From Piromyces finnis finn (lineage: Eukaryota; Fungi; Neocallimastigomycota): a stretch of DNA of 64,000 nucleotides. The notes below the pieces were generated by a model. That model was not told the origin of the DNA, searched no databases, and saw only the letters and a program-made list of their open reading frames with translations. Both the position numbers and the translations under genes were made by a program. Positions 1 through 13,817 of this stretch are shown piece after piece (positions within the stretch are counted from its first letter, which is position 1; every line of letters starts with the position of its first letter). The stretch spans positions 16,598-80,597 of the forward strand of contig MCFH01000098.1 of assembly GCA_002104945.1 (NCBI GenBank). The letters run 5' to 3'.

Positions 1-425
1 TGATACATCAGGGGTGATCATTCTCTGAATAAACAATTAATCATTGCTAACAAAATATCTTTAATTGGAATATCTCGTGAACCAGCAGAGATATTGACCT
101 GATTTTAAAATATGTTGTTTGTCTTGAGCGTGGCTTTCTAACGAACGTAATTTCGACCAAAACATTTTTATTCAAAAATCGTCATTCGTTGAAGAGATAC
201 GCGTGTTTTTCCTTATTCCATTTTAACGATAAGGGTTAAAATTATTTATTATAAAATTTATTAAGGGTTAAGGTCATATTTTAACCTTTTCTAAATTTTT
301 AAATATTTCTTAATAAAATTTTATAATTTATTTGAAAATAAAATATTTGTTGATTTTGAAATTTCATAAGTGATTTCACAATTCCAAGTGATCTTGAAAT
401 TGTAATTTCACTAGTATTCGTGACA
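1..425 (-). repeat. Family A1 LTR, cut by the window edge
   Basis: Near-identical to 6868-7293 and the reverse complement of about 32746-33130. Sense start is TGTCACGAATACTAG at 425. Confidence 0.9.
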
Positions 426-431
426 TACCAT

Positions 432-1642
432 TGTAAAGTGGGCTTGGGTTGATATGTAAATTGGTCAGAATGTTTTATATAATATAACTTAAAATTTACT
501 AATAAAATATTAAATTTGTTTATTATTAAACTTTTTTCTATAAAACTTATTGAAGAATAATATCAATTAAAAAATTAAATGGATTTTTATATTTAAAATA
601 AAAATTCTAATATAATTTAATTATGAAGTTTATTTATTAATTATTTATTTATGAAAATGATATTTATTAAGTTATATTATAGATTATATTTAATAATTAA
701 AATAATCTTACAAAGAATTTCAAAAATGATTTCAATTCTTTGTTTAAATACTTTTTCTTACAATTAATAAAATTACATTGATATCAATATTAATAATAAA
801 GATAAAGATAAAATAATTTTAAATTAAAATATTAATAATTGATAATGTTATTAATAATATGAATTCATATGATAGATCCTAAGATTAATCTTTTAAATTA
901 ATTTTAAATAAAAAGTATTATTTTAACCATACTAAATTGTAAATATTTAATATTATAAATTGAAAATAACAATTGCTGATACTAATTATATATTCTCATG
1001 ATGAATTAATTAATAATTATAACTAATGATTTTTGATCAAAAGGGTTTTCTGGGTTGTTTATGATTGAGGTTATTGATCAAAAATTATTTGAAAAATTAT
1101 TAATTTTTATAATTGATTAGGTTTGAAATCAAGAATATTTATTATCTAACCTTATTTAATAATAATGGAGAATTCTATAAATTGAATTATTTATAGAAAA
1201 TTGGATGACTTGAATAATGACTTTAATTATATAAATTAATATTGATCATTTTAATATATATTATTATATATTAATTGAAACTAATTAAATCTTTAAATAA
1301 CTATATCTCAAGAACTAGTGGTCTAAATTAGCTGAAAATTTGTGAGAATATAGATCTCAACCAGTACTTTCTAACAAAGTTAGTTTGACATCCCTAGAAA
1401 ATGAAAATAGGATGTGAGATTCAGAAGTTATCACTGATTTCGTATGATGTATTTTTTACTCAAGGGTTAATTTATTGAAATTTAAATTTTTGTGATACTT
1501 AACCCTTTCTAATATTAAATTCTTCAAAGTGATCTTTTAATTATTTTTAAAAGTATTTTATAAATTTTAAAATATAAATTTGATTTTTAAATTGTTTATT
1601 TGAATGTTTAATTTATTTATTTATCGTCTTCTATTCTTGACA
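432..1642 (-). repeat. Diverged A-related LTR (A-prime)
   Basis: Termini TGTCAAGAATAG...CTTTACA. Patchy similarity to A2 (GGTCAGAATGTT, CTTTCTAACAAA, AAGGGTTAA..TTAACCCTT) and to the A1 start. No TSD or PBS seen. Confidence 0.55.
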
Positions 1643-2026
1643 ATTATTCATAAAATATTTAAAATATTATATTCTTCTATGCATCTTGTATCAACACTGC
1701 TACGGTTCAAATAAGATATCACAATACACTTTGATAGTTATAAAAATAAAAATTTATTTAATTTAATTTTTATTTATTTAATTTATTTTTCGTTTTTCAA
1801 ATTTTTAATTTTTCTTCAAAATCTTCGTACTTTTTCCAACTATCCATCATTTGAAAATAAATGATTTTGGATAGTTAGAATTTTAAATTAATTCCATTCA
1901 TAATATATGGATCATTCATTGCAAAATATATTAATTAAATCATTAACATATATTATAAATAATCTCTTAATATTTGAATAGAAAAATTTTTAATTTATAA
2001 TTAATAAAATTTTAATTTATGATATG

Positions 2027-2545
2027 TGTAACATTTTTACATATCATATATTATATATTCGATTATAACATATAATAAAATTATATTATTCAATTAATTA
2101 TGCCCTTATTTAGACATAAGTAATAATTTTTATGTCGAGGTATCTTCTGTTTCGTGTGTAACAGTTGCCTCTTTTAGTAAAAATTATAATTAAATTCTAT
2201 GTCATAATCTTAAATTATAAAATATTATACAATAAAGTTAATTAATAAAATAAACCTAAAATAATAATAAAATACTAATAACTATTTTAATAATAAAATT
2301 TAGTAAAATTTATAAGTATAAAATATCATAAGTAATTATACTAATACTAAGAATACAGGTTATAATTAACTATATACAAATAATATAACTATATAATAAA
2401 AATATGAATACTTAATAGAAAAAAGTATAAAAATTATAATATATAATTTTTATATTTTAAAAATAGAGTTAAACAATAATAAGGAATATAAATAGTTAAT
2501 CATTGAATTATAGCAATTTTAACTATTTATGTTCATTCCTTAACA
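2027..2545 (-). repeat. Family F 3-prime LTR (left boundary uncertain)
   Basis: Starts TGTTAAGGAATG right after purine tract GAGGGGCATTC. Its nt 47-120 recur at 4971-5044. Confidence 0.6.
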
Positions 2546-2569
2546 GAATGCCCCTCGTTAAAACTCAAG

Positions 2570-4970
2570 CTACTCCGTTGCTGAGTTATATTTAACGATA
2601 TTTTTGAAGTGTACATTTCTATTCATTAGTACACCAGTTTCTGGGTCTGCTAAGACTACTGTATTGAACTGTTTCTGAACCACTTTGAGAGGTCCTACAA
2701 AGTAAGGTTCCAATTTTGTTCTACTGAAGTTCCTGACCAAAACTAAGTCACCTATTTTTATTTTCTTAGCTTGGTCCATAATTAATTTTTCTTTTCTTCT
2801 CATAGACCAATATTTATTAGCCGTCTTTACATTTTCAGCAGCTTCTAGTCCATCGATAATGATTTACAAATTTTTCCAAAAGAATTTCATCAGAACTCTT
2901 GTTTTGATCTTTAGTGGGTCGGGCAGCTATATCAAAAGGTTGTTGGTCTTCCCTACCATAAACTAGCTCAAAACTAGAATGGTTCGTAACCGTATTCTTT
3001 GTAGTTCTTAAGGCCCAAAGAGCGGAAGGTAGAACCTCATCCCAATCTTTATTTTCTTTTCCTAAGAGTCTTAAAAGTTTCCCAATTTCCTTATTTCTAT
3101 TTTCTGTTAATCCATTACTTTCAGGGTGGTAGGGAACTGTAAATTTCACATATACGTCGTATAGGTCTAGAAATATCTTCGTAATATCTGAGGTAAATTG
3201 AGTTCCATTATCTGTAGTAATAACCTGTGGTACCCCATATCTTGCAAACACATTTATTAGAAACTTTATCACATCCAGAGAAGTAACAGTTCCCACCGCT
3301 TCGGCTTCTACCCATTAGTAAAATAATCAACTAGGACTATTATATATTGTTTATTATTTCTTGTCTTAGGTAGCGGTCCAATAATATCCAAACCTAGATG
3401 TACAAATGGTCCTTCTACTTTAGTAGCTTTGTTCTCAGTTGGTTCTGGATAAGGTTTTGGTCGATTTACTTACTTGACACTTCTCACACTTGCTAATAAT
3501 TCTTTTAATATCCGCTATCATATCATTCCAATAATAATTTTTCTTTAACCTTTGATAGGTCTTATAATAACCTTCATGACCTACGTTATGAGCTTGAAAT
3601 ATTAACTTTACTTTTTCTTCTACAGTGGATATTAGTTGACGTAAGTTGTTACCGTCTACGAAATATTCCTTCCCATCTATGGTAGTAAATTTTTCAGCTA
3701 TAAACTCCCTAATAACTTTGGTCAATAGTTCTTCATTATTAGCTTTATTAATTTTTGTTACCAGTATCTTTTTCTCTTCTATATTCTTCATTCTTGATAA
3801 TGCATCAGCTATAACATTATTCTTTCCTTTATCATATTGAATATCAATATCCAGCTGACTTACTGTAAGACACCATCTATTGTGACGTGCACTATTTGGT
3901 TCCTTATTTTTGAATAAACCCAAAAGTGGTTTATGGTCTGTATACACCATAGTAGTGTACGGGTTTCCTAAAATATAAGGTTTTAACTTACTCACACAAA
4001 AGAATAACGCAGCACCTTCTAACTCTGTTATTCCATAATTTTTCTCCGCTTTACTAAGACTTCGACTAATATAATGTACAGGGTGTTCTATTTTTGTAGT
4101 TTCATCTTCTTGTAATAAAACACCACCCACTCCTTCATACGACGCGTCCGTACGAATGATAAAAGGCTTATCAAATTCAGGGAACTTTAAAATGGGAGCG
4201 TTTATCAATTTTTCTTTTAATACTTTAAATGCCGTTTCATGCTTTTCTTCCCATTTATATCGTATATTTTTCTTTAATAGCTCACATAAGGGCGCGGTTA
4301 CTTGAGAGTACTTAGGAATAAAATTTCGATAATATCCTACTGCACCCAAAAACGAACGTAATTCATGAATATTTCCTGGTGCTTCCCACTTCTTTATGGC
4401 TTCTATTTTACTTTCCAAGGGACTCAAACCTTTAGTAGATAGCCTGTGTCCTAATACATTTACTTCTTCCTTCATAAAACTACATTTTTCAAGATTTATT
4501 TTTAATTCATTTTCTTTTAATATTTCAAATACTTTCTTAATATGTTCAATATGTTCTTCCACTCTCTTGGAATATATGAGTACATCATCAATAAAATTAT
4601 ATACACAATTTCCAATTAAAGGAAATAATATTTTATTCATTTCCCTCTGAAAAGTTGCTGGTGCATTAGTTAACCCAAATGGCATGACCTTAAACTGATA
4701 GTTACCAAACTTGGTAGTAAAACTAGTAACCTCAGTACTTTCTTCATGCATAGAAATTTGATGGTAACCTGAATATAAGTCCATAGTAGTGAATATTTTG
4801 GCTCCGTTCAGACTATCAAATATTTCATCGATGTAAGGGAGTGAATAAGAGTCCTTTTCCGTGAGGTCATTAACTCTCCTATAGTCTACACACATTCTCC
4901 ACTTACCATTATGTTTTGGAACAAGAACTACAGGGGAAGACCATTCTGAATAGGATGGTTCTATTAATTT
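2570..4970 (-). pseudogene. pol: Ty3/Gypsy family F pol (RT-RNaseH-integrase with GPY/F-like tail, no chromodomain), 5-prime truncated and frameshifted
   Basis: ORFs 3435-4895, 2835-3296 and 2570-2803. RT motifs MCVDYR, YQFKVMPFGL and FIDD; RNaseH TDAS; integrase HNVGH..CEKC, TDNG and PESNGLTE. Confidence 0.9.
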
Positions 4971-5044
4971 TATAAAAATTATAATATATAATTTTTATAT
5001 TTTAAAAATAGAGTTAAACAATAATAAGGAATATAAATAGTTAA
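4971..5044 (-). repeat. 74-bp remnant of family F 5-prime LTR fused directly to RT
   Basis: Identical to 2426-2499. Confidence 0.85.
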
Positions 5045-6166
5045 TGTTAAGTTTTTGGGTTTGGTTATGCGGCCAGGTCAGAATGTTATTAATTATATAG
5101 TAAAAATGTTTTTTAAGAAATTAAATTTAATTATAAAATAACACCTTAAACTTCCAAATGAAAAATGAAAATTTTATATTTACTTTAAAATAACTTTTTA
5201 TAAATTTTTATTTATTTAATAATAATAATATAAATGATATTATAAGTAACTATATAATTAAGATTATAACTATAATTTTACAAAGAATTAAAATCGAATT
5301 CCATTCATTCTCTTTTATATTCTTTGTTCAGATTATTAAATTGATATTAATAAGAATAAAGTATTACATGTAATATATTAATAATATAATTAAATAAGTA
5401 ATAAGATTGTTTGTTTGTTTGTCATGACATAAAATAAAAATAAACATATGATTAATCATTTAAACATTTGATCCTAATTAGTAATTATAAAAAACTATTC
5501 AATTAATAATTCATCATTATTAATTGATATTAACATAACATATTTTTTATAATTAAATAATTATTATTTTCAAAATTATTTCTAATAAAACTTGCCGTTA
5601 ACCTATTTTATAATAATTAAGATTATTTAATTTATAGGTGTTAACTGTTACACCTAAATGGGTCTAGTTCTATTTTTAGTAACAGTCGTTATCATTAATT
5701 AAATTAATATAACTAAAATTCCTATTGATATATTTTTAATTTCATCAAGTCATAAGAAATATTTATGATCCATACTTGATATCATATTGATTTTAATTTA
5801 CCTATTAAAATCTTTAAATGATCATAACTTCCTTAAATGATCAGTTAGAAGGAACGCGATTGTACCAAATTGTAGCTTTCTTCCTAAGCTTTCTAACAAA
5901 CCTAGTTTCAAAACTATATTTAAAGGCGGTAGCGATCGTTTTTGGCGAGTTACGCCTTATTTCGTACTTGCTTCTTTTTGGCTAAGGGTTATAGTGTATT
6001 GATATTAAATTTTTGAAATCATAACCCTTTCACTGAATCAAAATTTAAAAGGTGACTTTTAAAAGTGTTTTAAAATAATTATTGAAATTATTTAATTATA
6101 ATTATTATGTTTAATTAATTATAGATATTATCTGAATTTGTTTTAAATCCAGTTAATATCTTCACA
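5045..6166 (-). repeat. Family A2 LTR
   Basis: Reverse complement of 33769-34892. Termini TGTGAAGATATT...TTAACA. Confidence 0.88.
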
Positions 6167-8207
6167 GTATATGTAAAAGTTTTACTAAACTTATAATTTA
6201 ATATTGAAATATTAAATTAAATAAAAGGTTAAAAGATAACTAGGTTAGAAAAAAAAATGTTTTATTAAAATAATCTTAATTGATTTATAAATGAATAATT
6301 AAATTATATATTATGGTTAAAATAATTTCTTTTATTTTATTTAATAATATATTGCTAAAATATATAATAATAAGATTATTTAGTAGTAATACTCATTAAG
6401 TATTAATTATTATTAATAGTTAATAATTTCTAGTTAATAATCTATAGTTAATAATTTATAGTTAATGATCTTTTGTTAATAATTTATAGTTAATAATCTT
6501 TACAAAGATTTTAATTTCATAACTATTCTAAACTATTTATACTATTTGTAATTTTACATTTAATAATAAAATAACTTTTCAATACATGATTATATTCATA
6601 ATATATTTTATAATACTTAAACTAAACTTAAGACTTATTCCTAATTATTAAAAAATAACTATTGTTTATAATATTCATAATATTAGTTATTTCTTAATTA
6701 TAATATAATTCATTGAATATAATATTAATAATTATAATCTTCTAGTTCAAAGATTATAAATTATGTTATTGAAATAATTATTATAAAATAAAGTTAATTA
6801 GTTCCGGAAAATAATTTTAATTTAATTAAACAATAATTTTTATACTTTGAGTGAATGATTTATGTTTGATACATCAGGGGTGATCATTCTCTGAATAAAC
6901 AATTAATCATTGCTAACAAAATATCTTTAAATTGGAATATCTCGTGAACCAGCAGAGATATTGACCTGATTTTAAGATATGTTGTTTGTCTTGAGCGTGG
7001 CTTTCTAACGAATGTGGTTTTGACCAAAAACATTTTTATTCAAAAAGCGTCATTCGTTGAGGAGATACGCGTGTTTTTCCTTATTCCATTTTAACGATAA
7101 GGGTTAAAGTTATTTATTATAAAAATTATTAAGGGTTAAGGTCATATTTTAACCTTTTCTAAATTTTTAAATATTTCTTAATAAAATTTTATAATTTATT
7201 TGAAAATAAAATATTTGTTGATTTTGAAATTTCATAAGTGATTTCACAATTCCAAGTGATCTTGAAATTGTATTTTCACTAGTATTCGTGACATCGCTCC
7301 GCCAAAAAAAATCTAATACCAGGCGATTGAAATAATATAAAATAAAGTTGTATAATAAAGTATAATTGAAATAAATTGAAGTAGTATATACTAAATATAA
7401 ATCAATATATAGTTGTATGTGTAACATGAAATAAAATGGTAACTAAATAAAGAATATATTTAATATAATAAGTTGAATATATTGCAATATATAAAATAAA
7501 ATTAAAAAACATTTTCTTGTGTAACATTCAGTCAAATTCATAAAATTTTTGAAAGAAATGTTGAAATTTAAATTGATCATTGAGTGAAAAAATTGAAATT
7601 CGTACGAAAAATTAAAATTTGAATAAGAAATATTATTCCTAGGATATTGAAACACTTTTTATTTTTGAAAAATGTTAACATTTGCTAAAATAATTGAAAT
7701 TTCAAAAATTGATCAAATAAACTTTAATTAATATGATTTTGAAAAAAATTTTTTGAAATTTTTGAAAAATTTATAATAATAAAAAATTTTTTCATTAAAT
7801 ACAAAAAAATTTTGAACTAAACTTTTTGAAAAATGTCACTGAAAGAGTATTGATTTTAATGATCGATCGAGATAGTGACAATGTTGAAATTAATACTATT
7901 GAATAGAGAATAAAATAAGCATTAACAACATATAAATATTTGTAATTGTACTGCTAAAATAAATTGAAAATTATTCTCTTTAAATATTTAATTTTCATTA
8001 TAAAATTTTTGTGTTTTAAATTAAATAAATTGATAAAATTGTTGGAACAAAAATTATTGAATTGAAATTTAACATTCATAGAAAAAATTTTTGAAATTTG
8101 TGTTGAAATGTATTAGATGAGTAATACAAATTATAATAAAACATAATGTTAGTGAAAGATATTAATAAATTTTAAAAAATAAAATTGTTGAAATGCAATT
8201 TAGAGAA

Positions 8208-11200
8208 TTAAATTTTGTGTTTTCTAATACTTTTATTGAATTGAATTAATAATTCTTGATATCTTGGGTCACTTTCTATTACTGTAGCAGGAACCCAGTG
8301 CCAACTTAGGCGGTGTTTATAACGAATTTTATATTCGTAGCGTTTTTCTTTATAATTTGTCCTAAAGTCACCAATTTCTATAATTTCTGCATTAGTTTCT
8401 TTATATTTAAATCTATTTTTAAATTTATCTGGCGTAGATACATAAGGTTCATGTTCCGATATGTGAAATACAGGGTGGTGTTTTGGAAAAGGTGATTTTG
8501 AAATATCTATTTTATAATTACCATTGTTTAAAACTTTTAAAACCTTGTAAGGACCATACTTACGAGGCGCTAGTTTGGCATTTTCAGTAGTAGCAAAAGC
8601 AGGAGGTGCATGAATCCAAACTTTTTGTCCTTCATTCAATTCAGGAGCAATAATTCTTTTCTTATCGGCAGCTCTTTTGTATAAATCTTGAGATCTAAGC
8701 AAAACATCTTTAACTAAAAGGAAATTTTTACTAACATCTTTAATGTATTTAAAGTTTGAATCAGAACCTTGAAACAAAAAGACATCATCCATAGGTGGGT
8801 GGAATCCATAATTAATGAAAAATGGAGTTTGTTTTGTAGATTCATGAACTGTATTATTATAAACAAATTCAGCTAGATGTAACCATTCAATCCAGTCATC
8901 GTGGAAAAATGTTCTTGAATAGCAACGTAAATATTGTTCAATGAAAGAGTTACAACGTTCTACTTGACCAACGGTCTCATGGTGATCTGTGGTAGCTATT
9001 TTTGGCTTAACACGCAATTTTTCCATAATTTCTATCCATAAAGCACTAGTAAATTGTGTTCCTCTGTCCGTATAAATATCTGTAGGTAGTCCATGGAGTT
9101 TAAAAATATTTTTTAGGAAAGCTTTGGCAGTTTCTTCAGCCGTAGGTATTTCTTTGAACGGAATAAGGTGAATCATTTTTGAAAAACGATCTACAACAAC
9201 CATTATAACGGAAAACTTTTTTGATTCAGGGAGACCACAAAGAAAATCGATTTCAATAGATTTCCAAGGGCGATCAGGAATTTCTAAAGGTCTTAAAAGA
9301 TCATATCTTTTATGTCTATTAACTTTATTTCTGGAACATTGTTCGCAAGAATTGACAAAATTTACGATATCTTGATGCATTTTAGGCCACCAAAAATTAC
9401 GGTTAATTAGTTCTTCAGTTCTTCGAATACCTAAATGACCAGCAGTAGCGTTATCATGGTACCTGGTTAAAATATCTACATGAAGTTTTTCTGGTACATA
9501 AATTAAATTATTATATAAAATTAAATTATTTTTTATTTTAAATTTTTCCATTTTTCTGAAAGGTCTGTAAAAGTAACCTTGATTAGCATTATTAGGACTA
9601 AAGTAAAGATAAATATTATTCGCATTTTCATCATCCTTATAATTTTCTATTATTTGATCAATGAGAGAACCAACAATACCAACAAAACATGGAGTATCGG
9701 GAACGTTTTTATAATCTAGTATATGTTCTGGTTTAGGTTCAACATTATTTTTCTCGTAATCAGGTCTTCTTGACAAACTATCAGGTTTACCATTTTTTCT
9801 TCCTTGGCGGTATATTAATTGAAAATTATATTCTTGGAAAAATAAATGCCAACTATGTTGACGTTGGTTTCCGACTTTACCACCTAAAGTGTATAGAAGG
9901 TTTTTATGGTCGGTAAAAACGGTTACTTGGTATTTAGCACCTAGTAATAAATGTCTCCAGGTAGAAAATGCACATTTTATAGCTAAAAGTTCCTTTTCAG
10001 TAATTGAATAATTTAATTCAGCATTGTTTAAACATCTTGAATAATATGCTACAGGATGTAATTTGTTATCTTCATCCTTTTGAGAAAGTATACAACCAAT
10101 GGCAAAATTACTAGCATCGCATTCGACAATAAATGGTTTGGTTGGATCTGGATGTAATAAAATAGGTGAAGAGATTAGTCTCTTTTTTAATTCTAAAAAT
10201 GAGTTATTACATTTATCATTCCAATTAAAACTAGTATTTTTCTTTGTTAAATTGTGAAGCGGTTTAGCAATAGTAGCAAAATCTTTTATAAATCTTCTAT
10301 AATAGTTGCATAATCTAACAAAGCGTTGAACATCTTTTACACAATTAGGTGTAGGCCATTCTTGGACAGATTTAATTTTCTTTGGATCAGTAGATATACC
10401 ATTGCCTGATATAACGTGTCCTAAAAATTCAACTTCTGGCTTGTGAAATTCACATTTCTTTAGTTTAGCAAATAGATTATTTTTGAGTAATGTTTGGAGA
10501 ACAGTACGAACATGTTGTATATGTTCATCTAATGTTTTCGAATAAATCAGAATATCATCTAAATATAAAATAACAAATTTTTCTAAATAAGGGCGTAATA
10601 CTGAATTAATAAATGATTGAAATGTAGCAGGGGCATTTCTTAAACCAAAAGGCATTACTAAATATTCATAGTGACCATATTTAGTTCTAAAAGCTGTCTT
10701 ATATTCGTCTCCTTCACGAATACGCACTAAATTGTAAGCAGAACGAAGATCTAATTTTGAAAAGAATTTAGCACCTTTCACTCTTTCGATAATATCAGTA
10801 ATTAGAGGAAGTGGGTAAGAGTTGCGAATTGTAACTGCATTTAATTTTTTGTAATCAATACAAAGACGTAACGATCAATCCTTCTTTTTCTGAAATAAAA
10901 CAGGATAACCAGCTGGAGATTCAGATGGTCTAATGAATCCTTTCTTGAGATTTTCATCTATGTATTCTTTAAGAACTAGAGATTCATCTTCAGATAGAGG
11001 ATATATAGGACCATAATGTAAAGAAGCATCTTTTTGTAAAACGATTTTACAATCCGTTAGCCTATGTGGTGGTAATTTATCAGCCTTAACCTTGCTGAAA
11101 ACTTCCGCTAAATCACGATATGGTTCTTGGTACTTCTTCTAATTTGAAGTCTTCTTCATTATCATCTTCATCATCAGTATTATAATCTTTTTCACTATTA

Positions 11201-11906
11201 GCTAAAAATGAGTGAATAAAGTAATTATAGCTGAAATTTTGATATTTTGGTTTAGAGTAATTTTTCAAATTATTAAAAGATGTATTGGAAGTTAATTTAT
11301 TATGATTAATGTTTTTAATTTTTAAATTTTTGGATTTATTCAATCGGTTTTTATTAATTTTATATATAATTTTATTAGAATTTAATTTTTTAAAATTGTT
11401 AAAATTTAAACTTGAATATACAAAATTTTTATTATAATTAAAATGTAGTTGATATTTGTGTAAAAATTTATTGCCTAATAACAAATCTGTTGGAAGATTT
11501 TTAATAATTAGAAATTTTTCTTTAAAAGTAATTAAAAATTTTGAATGATTAATATAGATAGTAGTCTTAAAATATAAGAAGGTGTATGTATCAATAAATA
11601 TTGAACCACTAATTCCATTTATTTCAATTGAGTGTAATAATTTGTGTGGTTTTAGTTTTAATTTATTGACCAAGTTGATTGAAATAAAGTTGCAATATTA
11701 GCCACTATCTAAAATTAAATTGTATTGATTTTTATTAATTGAATTTTTTAAATCATAAAGTTTGTTTAATTTAATTGGGATAAAAAATTTTAAGTTGAAA
11801 AATGTTGTAGGCAATTTTTTATTTATTTTAGAGTCATATGTAGGAAAGTTGTAATGTATTATTTTTGTATTATGAACTCTCTTAGACTCTCTTGAGAGTT
11901 CATTTC
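8208..11906 (-). pseudogene. pol: Element A pol (protease-RT-RNaseH-integrase-divergent chromo-like tail), interrupted
   Basis: LILDSG followed by TAA, a frameshift near 11115 and a TGA near 10878. Then ORF 8208-10781 with YLDD, ECDAS, HDNATAGH..CEQC, TDRG and GQVER. Confidence 0.9.
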
Positions 11907-12818
11907 TTAGTTTTTTGAGTTCATTTTTTGAACTTTATTGACATTATTATTATTATTGTTTGAATTTTGGTAATGGGTTTTATTCTTATTGAATTTCCTA
12001 TTGTTTCTCTTATTGTAATGTTGATTTTTATTATTATTATTATTGATATTTAATTTATTATTAGTAGCAAGAGAATTTTCAAAAATTATACACTTTGTAA
12101 CCATTTCACTTAAAGTGTTAGGTAAAATATCAGCTTTCTTAATTTCATTCTTATATTTTGGATGTAAACCATTTAAAAATATTAGTGAAAGACTAATGTC
12201 ATCTATCTCTAAACAACGACTTAAATCTCTAAATTTGTTAATATAATCGTTCACTTTTCCATAAGCTTGTCTTAATTCTATTAATTGAATCATGGCTAAT
12301 TTGGTACTGGTAACATTTGAAAAAGCTTCGCTTAATTCACTTAATAGTTCGCTCATAGTCATAGGAGTAATACCATCTTTATATTTAATATGGTACCAAG
12401 TTCTGGCAGAATCACGTAATCTAACAACAACAAAGTTAATTTTTACTTCTTCAGATAGTTGATTGTTAGGTGGAGTTTTAAAGGTAGCTTGGCAGAGTTC
12501 GCAGAATAACTCAGTCTGAGTAGTATCACCAGTAAAGAATCCTGGATCTGGTACTTGTTTGATAGGATAGGTTCTATTACGCATTATAACATCATGATCT
12601 TCATCATAATCAGTAGAAGATTCCTCGGTTTCAGTATAATTAGCACGACTCTTAAGTTCCTTTAACATAGCATCCATACGTTCTAACAAGGAGGTGGTAT
12701 TTTTATCCAATTGTTGAGTGATATACTTGTCTAATTCACCACAAAGATTTTTCTTAAATTCTTCTAAATCTTGAGGCTTTAGAAATTGTTGAACTGGTTT
12801 AGGTGTTGGTTGAGTCAT
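11907..12818 (-). CDS. gag: Element A Gag (303 aa, Asn-rich tail, no zinc knuckle)
   Basis: Retrotransposon-gag-like core VPDPGFFTG..VVVRLRDSARTW..QAYGKVNDYINKF, directly downstream of the PBS. Confidence 0.8.
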   Translation of the reverse strand: MTQPTPKPVQQFLKPQDLEEFKKNLCGELDKYITQQLDKNTTSLLERMDAMLKELKSRANYTETEESSTDYDEDHDVIMRNRTYPIKQVPDPGFFTGDTTQTELFCELCQATFKTPPNNQLSEEVKINFVVVRLRDSARTWYHIKYKDGITPMTMSELLSELSEAFSNVTSTKLAMIQLIELRQAYGKVNDYINKFRDLSRCLEIDDISLSLIFLNGLHPKYKNEIKKADILPNTLSEMVTKCIIFENSLATNNKLNINNNNNKNQHYNKRNNRKFNKNKTHYQNSNNNNNNVNKVQKMNSKN

Positions 12819-13769
12819 TATTTAAATTTTTAAATTAAGTTTTTTCCTAAGGTAGTTATGGTAAAAAAACGCGGTAAAAATTATTGTTAAACTTATAATT
12901 TAATATTAAAATATTAAATTAAATAAAAGGTTAAAAGATAACTAGGTTAGAAAAAAAAATGTTTTATTAAAATAATCTTAATTGATTTATAAATGAATAA
13001 TTAAATTATATATTATGGTTAAAATAATTTCTTTTATTTTATTTAATAATATATTGCTAAAATATATAATAATAAGATTATTTAGTAGTAATACTCATTA
13101 AGTATTAATTATTATTAATAGTTAATAATTTCTAGTTAATAATCTATAGTTAATAATTTATAGTTAATGATCTTTTGTTAATAATTTATAGTTAATAATC
13201 TTTACAAAGATTTTAATTTCATAACTATTCTAAACTATTTATACTATTTGTAATTTTACATTTAATAATAAAATAACTTTTCAATACATGATTATATTCA
13301 TAATATATTTTATAATACTTAAACTAAACTTAAGACTTATTCCTAATTATTAAAAAATAACTATTGTTTATAATATTCATAATATTAATTATTTCTTAAT
13401 TATTATACAATTCATTGAATATAATATTAATAATTATAATCTTCTAGTTCAAAGATTATAAATTATGTTGTTGAAATAATTATTATAAAATAAAGTTAAT
13501 TAGTTCCGGAAAATAATTTTAATTTAATTAAACAATAATTTTTATACTTTGAGTGAATGATTTATGTTTGATACATCAGGGGTGATCATTCTCTGAATAA
13601 ACAATTAATCATTGCTAACAAAATATCTTTAAATTGGAATATCTCGTGAACCAGCAGAGATATTGACCTGATTTTAAGATATGTTGTTTGTCTTGAGCGT
13701 GGCTTTCTAACGAATGTGGTTTTGACCAAAAACATTTTTATTCAAAAAGCGTCATTCGTTGAGGAGATA

Positions 13770-13802
13770 TACAAACCTGAACTTAGCATATAATATTTTA
13801 CA
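13770..13802 (+). repeat. 33-bp U5 terminus of a family C (C2-like) LTR
   Basis: TACAAACCTGAACTTAGCATATAATATTTTACA is the reverse complement of the LTR end at 49210-49243, with 2 mismatches. Confidence 0.8.
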
Positions 13803-13817
13803 GTGAGTAGAGCATCA

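Larger units (their letters stand above)
6172..13769 (-). mobile_element. Ty3/Gypsy element A: 3-prime LTR 6172-7293, PPT 7294-7303, about 900-bp 3-prime UTR, gag-pol, PBS 12874-12884, truncated 5-prime LTR 12885-13769
   Basis: Two matching A1 LTRs flank gag and pol. Purine tract GGCGGAGCGA abuts TGTCACG. Confidence 0.88.

Noticed and set aside
426-431. ATGGTA as a tRNA-Met-type PBS for A-prime
   Set aside because: Only 6 nt long, and A-prime has a self-primer-like site predicting a PBS of ATAATCTTAC instead.
6860-6900. Hammerhead ribozyme in the A1 LTR (CTGATG on the minus strand)
   Set aside because: The CUGANGA...GAAA core and three-stem architecture were not found by eye. An Infernal search would settle it.
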